NCBI RefSeq assembly: GCF_009914755.1
Contig: NC_060930.1
DNA length: 64,000 nucleotides
Strand: one strand, 5' to 3'
DNA from: the human T2T-CHM13v2.0 reference genome, Homo sapiens
Below are positions 1-19,123 of this stretch, piece after piece. The translations under genes and the position numbers were made by a program. The notes under the pieces are model-generated. The model saw only the letters and a program-made list of their open reading frames with translations, ran no database searches and was not told the DNA's origin. Within the stretch, counting starts at the first letter, position 1. Each line of letters opens with the position of its first letter.

Positions 1-679
1 GTCATTTGCTGAAGCTCTGCTGCTTGTGATTGGTTGAGATCCGGCTATTTTAACTCCTAAATTAGATTGCCCTACAGGTTGCAGTTCTTTAGGTAGGAAC
101 TTCAAGTATACAGACAGCCTCAGGCTAATGGCCTTCTGCTTATTTAATGTAGCAGTACCAAAAGAAGTTTCATTCTACCATATCCCCTTTCCATTACTGC
201 AGTGTATGGAAAGCCACATTTATCCCACAGAGAGAATAGGGCTGGAACAGAGGGATCTGACCACAGTGAGAGGGCAGATCGCAGAGACTGAATAGGAGTA
301 CGGTGCTGAGTGTGTAGACAGGATTCAGAACCTTCCACAGCAATCAGCTGATACAGACTCACCGCCTAATGATTCAGAAAATGAGGGATCAAAGACTAGA
401 ATGGAGAGAGAAAAAATGAAGTGTGGCAAGAGCAACAAGGGGTAGTGGGATGCACAGAAAGGATCCAAAGGACATCAGCACTAATCCCTCAGTTGACAAT
501 AATGGCTATCTGGAAGCCACCTACCCCTGAGAAATTGTGAAGTACATGTGTAGATCTCATGACACAAAAGAATACTTTTAGTATATTGCTGCTATAATCA
601 ATATGATTAAAAGGTTAACTACAAATTTGGAGCATATTGGTCACAAAACAGCTGACATTTCTTTCTGGATATGTACCAG

Positions 680-870
680 GTAATGCTGAGCAGTTTATAT
701 GCCTTGGGTACATTTAATTTTTCCAACAACACTATGAGGTAGGTACTGTTTTCCTCATTGAGAAAAGTGCAGAATGACCAAGTGGCTTGCTTAAGGTCCA
801 CAGCAAATGGTTGGCAGGGCCAGATTCAGGCTGAGATATCTGACTTCAGAGTCTGAGATGTTAATTACTG
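680..870. mobile_element. MIR SINE fragment
   Basis: Degenerate MIR core (caacactatgaggtaggtactgttttcctcattg...ttgcttaaggtcacagc...cagggccagattc). Confidence 0.6.
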
Positions 871-962
871 CATAGACTTCTTTTCCAAACTGACGGATCT
901 CTGTGAGGAGCATCATCACATCTCTGTTAGGAGCAACTGTTAATTTATTAAAACCTACTGTA

Positions 963-1297
<335 letters not shown>

Positions 1298-1529
1298 TTA
1301 GATAGTATGACTGAGTGGAGAAAATTTTAAGAGTGTGGATTCAGCATCTTCAACAGAATTTTTGGTTCTGTTTTCTTAATTTATCCTATAGAGTAGTTTC
1401 AGGTACTGATATTTGTGGATACTTGGACCAAATGGACCATATCAAATATTATGCCAGAGATTCTGATCCCTAAACTAAGTAGAATAGGCACTTGATTTAT
1501 AATTGTGTCTTAACAACATCGTTTCTCTC

Positions 1530-2211
1530 TTATCTTGTGTTACTCTTTGTCATTTATTCCTCACAGGAAGAAAGAAGTACCTAAGGCCCCACCATTAGAA
1601 CCTGACTCTGTGTTTCTAATGCTTCAGGCCAAGGAGGAAAACACTGTATTTAATGCGCTTGCAGTATTTCTATTCTTGCAAAATACTTACTGTTCCAAGC
1701 AAGTGAGTTTTCAAATAAAATAAGAAAAGCATTTTCCTATTTTTGCTGCTTACCTTATTGCTCTATAACCCTCTACAAGTGTATCTATTTCCAAATCGTT
1801 TCTCTCTGGGGAGGCTACATTTCACACTTCTACAACATAAAATACTACCACAGAGATTCTTAACAGTTGACATTTGTAGACCTCCTTGATTGAAAGGTTG
1901 TGCAGTGAATACATTTGTTTTGGAATCAAATAAATATTATTTAAATTTGGAAATAGATACACTTGTAGAGGGTTATAGAGCAATAAGGTAAGCACCAAAA
2001 ATACGAGAATGCTTTTCTTATTCTATCTGAAAACCCACTTGCTTGGAACAGTAAGTATTTTGCAAGAAAAAAATTACCTCAAGCATTTTAAGTACAGTGT
2101 TTTCCTCCTTGGCCTGAAGCATCAGAACCACAGAGTCAGATTCTAATGGTGGGGCCTTAGGTACTTCTTTCTCACCGTGAGGAATAAATGACAAGGAGCA
2201 ACACAAGATAA
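1530..2211. repeat. Long inverted duplication: arms 1530-1796 and 1945-2211, 148-bp spacer
   Basis: Hand alignment of the left arm to the reverse complement of the right arm is ungapped with 23 mismatches in 266 bp; ATCGTTTCTCTCT occurs at 1518-1530 and 1795-1807, flanking the left arm. Confidence 0.97.
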
Positions 2212-2384
2212 ATAAACCTGTTCTAATCTAGAGCTAATATGATATAATTTACAAATGTTCTGGTTTTAATTTTAAACAAATTATTCTGCCTGACCCCATG
2301 TTTTTCATTGCACACTAATATTGATATTTGACACATCAGATTATTAGATATTCATAACATTTGATTCCTTTGGCTATCATGGAT

Positions 2385-2560
2385 CATTCTTTTATTCAGT
2401 AAATATTTATCGAAAGCCTTAAATGAGCCAAACTCTATTCTGATTCTGGGAATATAGTTGGTAACAAGACAAAAAAGATCACTGTTCTTGTGGAGTGAAT
2501 ATTCTCATGAGGAAAGAGAGACAGTATTCAAAATGTAAGAGGAATATGTTAGATAGTGAT
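2385..2560 (-). mobile_element. L2 LINE fragment
   Basis: L2 3'-end-like sequence (ttattcagtaaatatttatcgaaagc...ctgggaatatagttggtaacaagac). Confidence 0.5.
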
Positions 2561-4045
2561 GAGTGCTCTGATGACAATAAGGCAGAGTCTGATGATAGGG
2601 AGGGACTTGGGGGCTCCTTTGGAGTGAGTAATCCAAGAAGACTGGAATGGCAAGCAGGGACCACTGCTGTAAAATCAGTGAAAGAGCATCCCAGATACAG
2701 GGAACTGACAGAGCTGCAGTCAACAACCTAGAACCAGGCTGTTCAAGGCAGAGAATGCACGAATCACAGATTGCTTTATCTAGACAAAATAATCAAAAGA
2801 TATCCTGGCATTCCCCCTTCTGTTGGTGAGGCTCCAAGACCAACCTCACAAGACAAATGGTAAGACTGGTTTGTTTGGTAAGACTGGTTTTATTAACTAC
2901 TCATAAAGATGGCAGAAGCAACAGAATTGACTTTCTTGCATAGTAAACAGGAGACTAGTCTGTGAGTGACCTGGAGAAGCTTAGTACGGCTGTGGCCAGT
3001 TTGATAGTTAATAGGTTAATTCTGATAATTATCAGCTGAGTTGATAGTTAATCCTATATTGAAATCCTGGAGGAGAAAGAATACAAAAGAGATGACATGG
3101 AAACCAGCTTCTTGTTCGCACTTGTTACTGAGAAAACACACTGCATAACACACAGGTTAAACGCTGTTTGCTGTTCATGGGGCTTTAATTGGAGGGTCAC
3201 TCTTCTGGATGTTTGTATCACAAGTGCATTCCAGTGGCACTGGCCCAAGCTGTTATTTCCACCTTGTAGCTCATGTGGTTTTGCTATGGTGCTGATGTGC
3301 GTAAATGTGGTTGTTTCTGTGGTTTTCTTACAGGTCCTGGAGAATTACATATCATGCAAAAGGTTATAGGTCAGCTTATCTTTGCAGATATAGAACTAGG
3401 TAAAACTCCCCTAAAATACCGGTGCTTAGCAAAGTAACCTTGCAAGTTTACTTTGCCCTTCAATGATCAACAACAAAAACCAACCAACTAAACAAACAAA
3501 AATTAGAACTCATTAGCTTAACGATCCATCATTCATTAATACTCTTGAGCTTATGGAGAAAACAACCAATATATAAAATATTCTTCAATTGTACCTGCTG
3601 CTTTTATTTCTTTTAGAAGTATTTTTTTAAGCTGTACTTTTCCTAAAGCCTGAGAATATTTTGTGTTATTTTTGATGCCAGAAAGGATAATATAATACAC
3701 TGTATGTCTTTAATTCGTTGTAACTGGTGGAAAAAGAGAAAGATAATTGAAACCTTAAAACAGCAGAGATAAGTGATCTAAGTTGTAAATCTGTTAGTAA
3801 TTCAAGAACATTTAGAAATATCTCCTGATAAGGTTAATTGAAGGAATATTCTAATGAATGTAGTAAATTAGTTGTTCCCAATCTCAAAATCTTTTAATAT
3901 TCTGAAAGAAATTAAGATTTTAGTGAGAGATATTCCACTTTATGGAACTACTTCTTTCTCCCTTTATCTCTTTATGGAAAATTCTATCTTAAGGAGCAAG
4001 GTGAATCTTTCTTGTTCTCTTTTACTGCAAAATATTTGTTTTTAA

Positions 4046-4118
4046 TATGTAACTAACCTGCACATTGTGCACATGTACCCTAAAGCTTAAAGTATAATAA
4101 TAGTAAAATAAAAAAAAA
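4046..4118 (+). mobile_element. Severely 5'-truncated young L1PA 3' end
   Basis: tatgtaactaacctgcacattgtgcacatgtaccctaaa..ttaaagtataataat plus A tail; ttgtttttaa present on both sides (TSD). Confidence 0.9.
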
Positions 4119-4375
4119 TTGTTTTTAAAGCAAAACAAACTTACATAGAATCAATAATTTCTGTTATTAAATTATAGAATGGGAAGATGTATTGCTTATT
4201 GTGATGACCCTCAACCCTGGCTGCACATTAGAATCTCCTGGAATGGGGCTTCCAAACCTTAGTGTGCTTGTGAATCATCTAGGGAGTTTGTTAAAATGCA
4301 GATTTTGATTTAGGACTTCTGGGGTAGGACCTGAGAGTCTGCGTTTATAACAAACTCACAAGTGATGTTGATGCT

Positions 4376-7308
4376 TGATTAGCCTGTTCTTTCATTGCTA
4401 TAAAGAAATACCTGAGACTGGGTAATTTACGAAGAAAAGAGGTTTAATTGGCTCCCAGTTATGCGGGCTTTACAGGAAGAATGATGCTGGCATTTGCTCA
4501 GCTTCTAGGGAGGCCTCAGGAAGCTTCCAATCATGGCAGAAGGTGAAGGGGGAGCAGGCACATCACATGGCAAAAGCAGGAGCAAGTGAGAGAGAGTGGG
4601 CCAGGGGAGGTGCCACACACTCTAAAATAACCAGATTCCATGATAACTCACTATTACAAAGACAGCACCGAACCATGAGGGATCTGCCCCCATGATCGAA
4701 ACACCTTCTACCACGCCCCACCTCCAGCACTGGGGATTACAATTTAACATGAGATTTGGTTGGGCACAAATATCTGAACTATATCCTGCCCTGCACCTCC
4801 CAAATCTCATGTGATTCTTACATTGCAAAATACAATCATGCCTTCCCAACAGTCCCTTAAAGTCTTAACTCATTCCAACATTAACTCATTCCAAGTCCTT
4901 AACTCATTCCAACATTAACTCAAAGTCCAAAGTCTTGCCTTGAGACAAGGCAAATCCCTTCCACCTATGAGCTTGTAAAATAAAAAAAAAGTTAGTTACT
5001 TCCAAGATACAATGGGAGTATAGGCATTGGGCAAGTATTCCCATTCCAAAAGGGAGAAATCGGCCAAAAGAAAGGGGCTACAGGTCCCATGAAAGTTTGA
5101 AACCCAGCAGGGCAGTTGTTAAATCTTAAAGCTCTAAAATAATCTCCTTTGACTTCATTTTCCACATCCAGGGCACACTGGTGCAAGTGGAGGGCTCCCA
5201 AGGCCTTGGGCCGCTCCACCCCTGTGGCTTTGCAGGTTTCAGCTCCCAGGGTTGTTCTCACAGGTTGTTAAATACTTGCAGCTTTTCTAGACAGAGGGTG
5301 CAAGCTGCTAGTAGAGCTACCATTCTTGGGTCTGGAGGGTGGTGGCCTCCTTCTCACAGATCCACTAGGCAGTGCCCTAGTGGGGACTTTGTTTGAAGGC
5401 TCCAGCCCACATTTCCCCTTTGGCACTGCCCCAGTAGAGGTTTACTCTGAGTGTTTTGCCCCTGGAGCAAGCTTCTGCCTGGAAGCTTTCTCAGGCATCC
5501 CCTGAAATCTAGACAGAGGCCCCCAAGCGTTCATCACACTCTCACATTCTGTACATCTACAGGCTTAACACCACATGGGAGCCACCCCAAGGCTTATATA
5601 CTCCAAAGTGGCAGCTGGAGCTATACCTGGGCCTCTTTGAGCCACAGCTGGAGCTGAGCTGGAGCAGCCAGGATATAAGGAGCAGAGTCCCAAGGCTGTG
5701 CAGGGCAGCAGGTCCCTGGGCCTGGCCCACATAACCGTTCTTCCCTTCTAGGTCTCTGGGCCTGTGATGAGAGGGGTTGCTGTGAAGGTCTCTGAAATGC
5801 CTTTGAGGCTTTTTTCTTGTTGTATTTGTTATCAGCACCTGGCTCCCTTTTAATTATGCAAATTTTTAATTTTGCATCAAATTAAACCAGCAAGTGGTTG
5901 CTCCATAGCCTGCTTGAATTCTCCCTAAAAAGCTTTTTCTTTCTCTGCCACATGGCCAGGCTGTAAATTTTTCAAACTTTCATGCTCTGATTTCCTTTTA
6001 AATATTAGGTTGATGCCAAACAATCACAGTTTGCAAAAACAATTACTTTTAATTGCAAAAACTGCAATTGCTTTTGCACCAACCTAATATAAATTCCAAC
6101 TTTAGGTCATTTTTTTGCACCCACATCAGAGTGTAGGCTGTTAGAAGCCACCAGGCCACATCTTGAACACTTTGCTGCTTAGAAATTTTCTCTTCCAGAT
6201 ACCTTAAACCATCACTTTTTAGTTCAAACTTCCACAGATCCCTAGAGTATAAACAGAATGCAGCGAAGCTCTTTGCTAGGGCATAACATACATGAGCTTT
6301 GCTACAGTTCCCAATTAAGTTCCTCTTTTCCATCTGAGACCTTGACAGCCTGGCCTTCACTGTCCATATCTCTGTAAGCATTTTGGTCACAACCATTTAA
6401 CCAATCTCTCAGAAATTCCAAACTTTCCCTTATCTACCTTTCTTCTTCTGAGCCCTGCAAACACTTCCAACCTCTGCCTGTTACTCAGTTCCAAAGTTGC
6501 TTCCACATTTTCAGGTATCTTTATAGTAATACTCCACTCCTGGTAACAATTTTCCTTATTAGGCCATTCTTGCCCTGCTATAAAGAAATACCTGAGACTG
6601 GGTAATTAATTTATTTATTTATTTTAAAAAGAGGTTTAATTAGCTCATAGTTCTGCAGGCTTTAGAAGAAACATGGCACTGGCATCTGCTTAGCTTCTAG
6701 GGAGGCCTCAGGAAGCTCACAGTCATGGTGGAAGACGAAAGGGGAGCAGCCAGGTCACATGGTGAAAGCAGGGGCAAGTGACAGAGAGAATAGGTAGGAA
6801 GGTGCCACACACTTTGAAATGAGCAGATCTCACAAGAACTTACACTGACTATCGTGAAGAGATCACCAAGCCATAAAGGATCCACTCCCATGATTCAAAC
6901 ATCTCCCACCAGTTTCCATCTCCAGCACTGTAGATTATAATTCAACATGAGATTTGGGCAGGGACAAATATTCAAACTATATCATGTAGGCTTTACAGGA
7001 AGCATGATGCTGGCATCTGCTTTCTAAGGAGGCCTTGGGAAGTTTTCAGTCATGGCAGAAGGTGAAAGAGGGAGCAGATGCATCACATGGCAAAATCTGG
7101 AGCAAGCAATAGAGAATGGTGGGGGAGGGGGACGGCACACACTTTTAAATGACCAGATCTTGTGAGAAAGCACTATCATAAAGACAGCACCAAGCAATGA
7201 GGGATCTTCCCGCATGATCCAAACACCTCCCGCCAGACTCTACCTCCAACATAGAGGATTACAATTTAACATGAGATTTGAGCAGGGACAAATATCCAGA
7301 CTATATCA
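4376..7308 (-). mobile_element. MST (ERVL-MaLR, MSTA/MSTB-like) provirus: LTR 4376-4788, internal region about 4789-6555, LTR 6556-6984, extra partial LTR 6985-7308
   Basis: LTR motifs gctataaagaaatacctgagactggg...actatatca and MST-internal sequence; 5-bp TSD ATGCT at 4371-4375 and 7309-7313. Confidence 0.93.
6005..6087. mobile_element. MADE1 (Hsmar1-derived palindromic MITE)
   Basis: ttaggttgatgccaaa...ttttgcaccaacctaa terminal inverted repeats, about 80 bp, TA on both sides (6003-6004 and 6088-6089). Confidence 0.9.
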
Positions 7309-7741
7309 ATGCTGTTGGTCTGTGGACCATAATTTGAATAGCAAGGAGAGAGAGCTTTTAGAAATTACCAATACAAAGGCCAAGACACCCATATATTTGG
7401 ATTCATGGTATCTAACACGGGGTCCAGAAATCTGCATGTTAACAGAAACAACATGTGATTGTAATGCATATAATCCACAGATGAGAGTTTGGTCTGGCTA
7501 GAAGGCAGTACTAGCCCTGATTGTGTACAGGATTAGAATCCCATGCAAATCATTAAGGCTGTAATTCCTGTGCCTCTGTAGTCTTAATATTTTTATAGCA
7601 GATGCTGATGTAAAAAACCACTATTCTGGGCATTCAGGAAAGAACACTATCATTGTATGAACTTAGTGAAATGATGTGGGAATTTTGAGTGTATGCACAA
7701 TCATAAGGTTGTGGTTCATAGCTATTAATTGAATCTTTCTT

Positions 7742-8003
7742 AAAATGTTTTTTTGTATAAATATATGGGATACAAGTGTAATTTTGTTACATGGATAGAT
7801 TGTATACCGGCTTGTATACTGGTGATGTCAGGGCTTTTAGGATATCCATCACCTGAATAATGTACATTGCATCCACTAAGTAATTTCCCATCATCCACCC
7901 ACCCTCCCATCTCCCCACCCTTCATGTCTCCATTGTCTATCATTCCACACTCTATGTCCATGTGTACACATTGTTTAGCTCCTACTTATAAGTGAGAACA
8001 TGC
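7742..8003 (-). mobile_element. L1 (L1PB/L1MA-like) 3' end fragment
   Basis: Antisense L1 3' UTR motifs (atccatcacctgaataatgtacattg; tttagctcctacttataagtgagaacatg). Confidence 0.85.
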
Positions 8004-8029
8004 TCTCTTGCTACCAATTAATTTTTTCT

Positions 8030-9017
8030 TTAAGAATTTTCAGATTTTACTTTAGATATATGTGCAGGTTTATTATACAGGAATATAGCATGAGGCTAAG
8101 GTTTGGAGTATGGATCCTGTGGCTCAGATAGTGAGCATTTTACCCAATGGGTAGCTTTTCAACCCCCATTCCTCTTCCTCCCTTCCCACCTCTAGTAGTC
8201 TACACTTTCGATTGTTTCCAAATTTATGTCCATGTGTGCTCAATGTTTAGCTCCCACTTATAAGCGAGAATACACGGTATTTGGTTTTCTGTGTCTGTAT
8301 TTGTTTGCTTAGGATTATGACCTGCAGCTGCATTCATGTTGCCGCAAAGGACATGATTTCATCCTTTTTATGGCTGTGTAGTATTACATCTTGTATATGT
8401 ACCACATTTTCTTTATCCAATCTACCACTGATGGGCACCTGAGTTGATTCCATGTCTTTGCTATTGTGAATAGCACAGCAATTAACACATGACTGCATGT
8501 GTCTTTTTGGTAGAATGATATATTTTTCCTTGGGTATATACCTAATAATTGGATTGCTGGATTGAATGGTAGCTCTGTTTTAAGTTCTTTGAGAAATCTC
8601 CAGACTACTTTCCTCAGTGACTGGACTAATTTGCATTCCTACCAAGAGCATATGAGCGTTCCCTTTTCTCTGCAGCCTCACCAGCATATGTTGTTTTTTG
8701 ACTTTTTAATAAGAGCCATTCTAACTGGGTGAGATGGTATCTTATTGTGGTTTTGATTTGCATTTCTCTGATGATTTGTAGTGCTGAGCATTTTTCCATG
8801 TATTTGTTGGCTACTTGAATGTCTTCCTTTAAGAAGTGTTTGTTCATATCCTTTGCCATTTTTTAATGGGGTTTTTTTTTGCTTGTTGATTTAAGTTCCC
8901 TATAGATTCTGTTAATAGGCCTTTGTCAGATGCATAGTTTGTGAATATTTTCTCCCATTCTGTAAGTTGTATGTTTACTCTGTTAATAGTTTCTTTTGCT
9001 TTGCAGAAGCTCTTTAG
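8030..9017 (-). mobile_element. 5'-truncated L1PA (older subfamily)
   Basis: 3' UTR plus ORF2 C-terminus remnant (ORF 8626-8859, AKDMNKHF...[14 protein letters not shown]). Confidence 0.92.
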
Positions 9018-9815
9018 AAATAAGAAATGTTGCCAATTAAATAATGAGATACTAATTATGAGAAGACTTAATCTAATTTTAAAGATGTTAAAAATTTTTT
9101 AAATATGCCCTGGAGTCAATGAAGTATATTATTCAATTATGGAAATTCTCTGTACATAGAACAGTTCAGGAACACAAAGTTATCTAAAGAGAGTTTGGAT
9201 TTTTACATAGCTCACCTATTTTTTATTATAATGTTTCTCATATGGACAATGTATAGTCAAGGTGAAAACACAGTTCTAATTCTGTTCAGGGAAAAAAATA
9301 GTAGAAATTAGTTTCCTCCATTCTGTTCTATATTACTATTTAAATTTAGTTTGTTAAAGGCTTAAAGTTTAACTTCACAAACATACAAAATCATAGTTTT
9401 TTGTTAAATAACAACATTTGAATTGTATAAATATATTATTGTATTTCTTAATTTATAAACTATATTAGCAACTAGAAAGAAAAAAAAATGACTTAGAAGA
9501 TATTTTACACATTTACTTACATTCTTTATGCAACCTGAACCCTCATCTCTTTTTAACATTAGGGATGACAGTGGGTGGACAGTGGGTGGATCTGAATTTT
9601 TAAAGTTATTCTCTAGCAACTAGAGGAAAAATCTTACCAGATTATATAGGCTAGAACTCTTGATTGAGAAGACAGAGTATTATTAAGGTTCTGAAAGAAG
9701 AGCTTTTCATTATTCACCAGCAGGTTTTACTATCTAAAATAGAATTACATGAATTTGTAAAATTTGTCACCAAAAGCTTCATCTACTTGTAAATAAAAAA
9801 ATCCTCTCAATTTTT

Positions 9816-10145
9816 GGCCAGGTGCAGTGGCTTACACCTGTAATCCCAGCACTTTGGGAAGCTGAGGTAGATGGAGCTCTTGAGCCCAGGAGTTCTAAAC
9901 CAGCTTGGGCAACATGGCAAAATCCCGTCTCTACAATAACTGCACCCTTAAAAAAATAGCTGGTGGTGTATGCCTATAGTCCCAGCTACTTGGGAGACTG
10001 AGGTGGGAAGATCACTTGGGCTCTGGAGTTCAAGGCGATACTGAGCTGTGATTATGCCACTGCACTCCAGCCTGGGCAACAGAGCAAGACCTGTCTCAAA
10101 AAATAAATAAATAAATATATAAATATATAAAATAAAAAAATAAAA
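9816..10145 (+). mobile_element. AluJ SINE
   Basis: Diverged Alu with J-type motifs (gagcccaggag, gagctgtgatt) and an AT-rich tail. Confidence 0.93.
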
Positions 10146-10627
10146 CTTCTGTCAATTTTGGATAGGTATAAACATCATGAAAAATAGTTTGAAAATTTAT
10201 AACTGAGAAGTTGCTGAAAATCCTTGATCGGATCTCTGCTTGCAATTTCTGCATAAAAGATTTTGAGAATATATGCAATGCAAAATAAAGCATTCCATAT
10301 TTTAAAAGAAAAATATTTTCTTGTCTTAACTATGTATACTTTTTTTATTTGAGAGAAGTTGCTCAAATATAATATAGTTGTTGACTCAAGAGAATCAATA
10401 AAAAAAATCTACTGAATAAATAACACAGTTTATAAAATGGTTAGTTATGACATCATTGCCTTCCTCATACAAAGAATGACCTGTTAGAAATTCTAATAAA
10501 AAAGAATCCTCTTGTAGTAGCAACAAAAATTATAAAATGCCTAAGAACAAATTTTAATAGAGATATAGAGGCCCTATACAGTTAAAAATTCCAAAATGTT
10601 AATAATGAGATTATAATACTTGAATAA

Positions 10628-17453
<6,826 letters not shown>

Positions 17454-18312
17454 TAATACCTGAATCATTTAGAATATATGTCATATCTCTAGATAAGAAG
17501 ACTAAATATCATAAAATATCTATTTTCTCTAAATCAGATCCAAATGAATTTTTTTCAAAACTCAAATGCTTTTAAAATTAATTTGCAAGAATAAATTTCT
17601 AAAATGTCATACACAATTTTTGAATTAAAACAAATAATCAGTGTAGACTTCCTCACTAAAATTTAAAATTTCATAAAGTTTATCTGATAAAAAATAACTC
17701 ACAGGAGCACTTGCATAGAAAAAGACTAATAACTCAGTGACACACAATATATAGGAACAAATGCAAGCATTTTGGGAGAATTTAGTACATGATGCACATA
17801 TTATTTAAAATTGGTGGAATTAAGATGAATTATTCAGCAAATGTATTGGAATAACTGGCTATTAAAAATAACATTCAATTTTATACTTCATATTTTTACT
17901 CCAAAATATATTCCAGATATAATAAATATTTAAGTGTAAACCCAGAAACAATGTAAGTACTAAAAGGAAATATAGGTGAATATTTTTAAAATCTTGGGAT
18001 GGGAGGAAGGTCTTTCAACGTAGGTGATCAAGGACAAAGTTAATAAGAATATTGATAGATTTAACTGAATGATTTTATAATCTTTGCACTAAAATCAGCA
18101 TATAAGGATAAAATACAAATAATATGCTAAGAAAATATTTCAGGGTATATAACAGATGAGATGCATCATTAATAGGAGTTATTACAAATTAATAATAAAG
18201 TTTACAATTCTAACAAAAATGATCAGTGGCATGAGCAGGGAAGCCATAAAAGAAATGTAAAGGCACAAAAAACATGAAAAGTAACCAAATACACTGAAAT
18301 TAATGGAGATCT

Positions 18313-18857
18313 TGTATCAGTTAGCTATTTTTGTGTAACAAACATTCCCAAAACTCAATGGTTACAACAGCAATTATCTGTTGTAATAATTTACATTTCT
18401 TTTTGTTGTCTGAGGGTTTGTTGGCTGCTTTAGGATGAGCTTAACTGAGCTTGCTCTTGTTTCTGTATGCAGGCTGGGGGCCTGTCTCTAAGTTGGGCTT
18501 TCCTGGGACAATTTAGCTGGGGCATTCCTGCTCCATTTGTCTTTCATACTCTGCAAGGGCTCCATGTATTTCTCATCCTTTTTCTGGGACCAATGAGCCA
18601 GCCCAAGCATGTCCTTCTTGTGGAAATGGCAGAAGTACAAGAGTGCAAGCCTAGCTGGACAAGTGTTTCTTAAGCTGCTGCTTGTGTCACATATGCTAAC
18701 ATCCCATTGGCTAAATGGCAATTACATGACCAAACTCAGAATCAAGGGGAAAGGAAATATATCTTGTCTTTTAATAGGACAAACTAAAAAGTCATATGAT
18801 AAAGGACATGGATACAAGCAAGTGCAAAGATTTGGGGCCATTAATACAATATACCAG
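18313..18857 (-). mobile_element. MLT1 (ERVL-MaLR) solo LTR
   Basis: tgtatcagttagctattt..gtaacaaacattcccaaaactcaatgg start and typical MLT1 body (aacatcccattggctaaa). Confidence 0.75.
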
Positions 18858-19123
18858 ATGCCGTCTTTTGCACGTTGGTTAGTAGAAGTGTTTTGTTTTT
18901 GTTTTTTTTTTTTTTAACCTTGCTTGTAATAGTCAGTGTCGTCAAGAGTGTTAGGAAATGAGTACTCCCACACACTGCTGAAGGTGGGAGTCTAAATGGC
19001 TAATTGGAGTGACAATTTGAGTGTGTGTTTCAAAATTTTATTAAAGGTGTGTGTTTTGGGCTCAATACTTCCATTTTTAAGAATTTACTACAGGAAAATA
19101 ATTAGGCAAATGTGCAAAGGTTG

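Larger units (their letters stand above)
4201..7495. mobile_element. Nested MER5-family (hAT-Charlie MITE) fragments split by the MST insertion (pieces about 4201-4375 and 7309-7495)
   Basis: MER5 motifs (ctcaaccctggctgcacattagaatc; gttaaaatgcagattttg; tgatgttgatgct|gttggtctgtggaccataatttgaatagcaagg) continue across the LTR element. Confidence 0.7.

Noticed and set aside
1535-2206. Two similar 62-aa ORFs on opposite strands that look like a paralogous gene pair
   Set aside because: They are a by-product of the inverted duplication, start at TTG rather than ATG, and have no recognisable homology or gene structure.
3310-3375. Acceptor-like tttcttacag followed by a short possible micro-exon
   Set aside because: Weak donor and no recognisable peptide.
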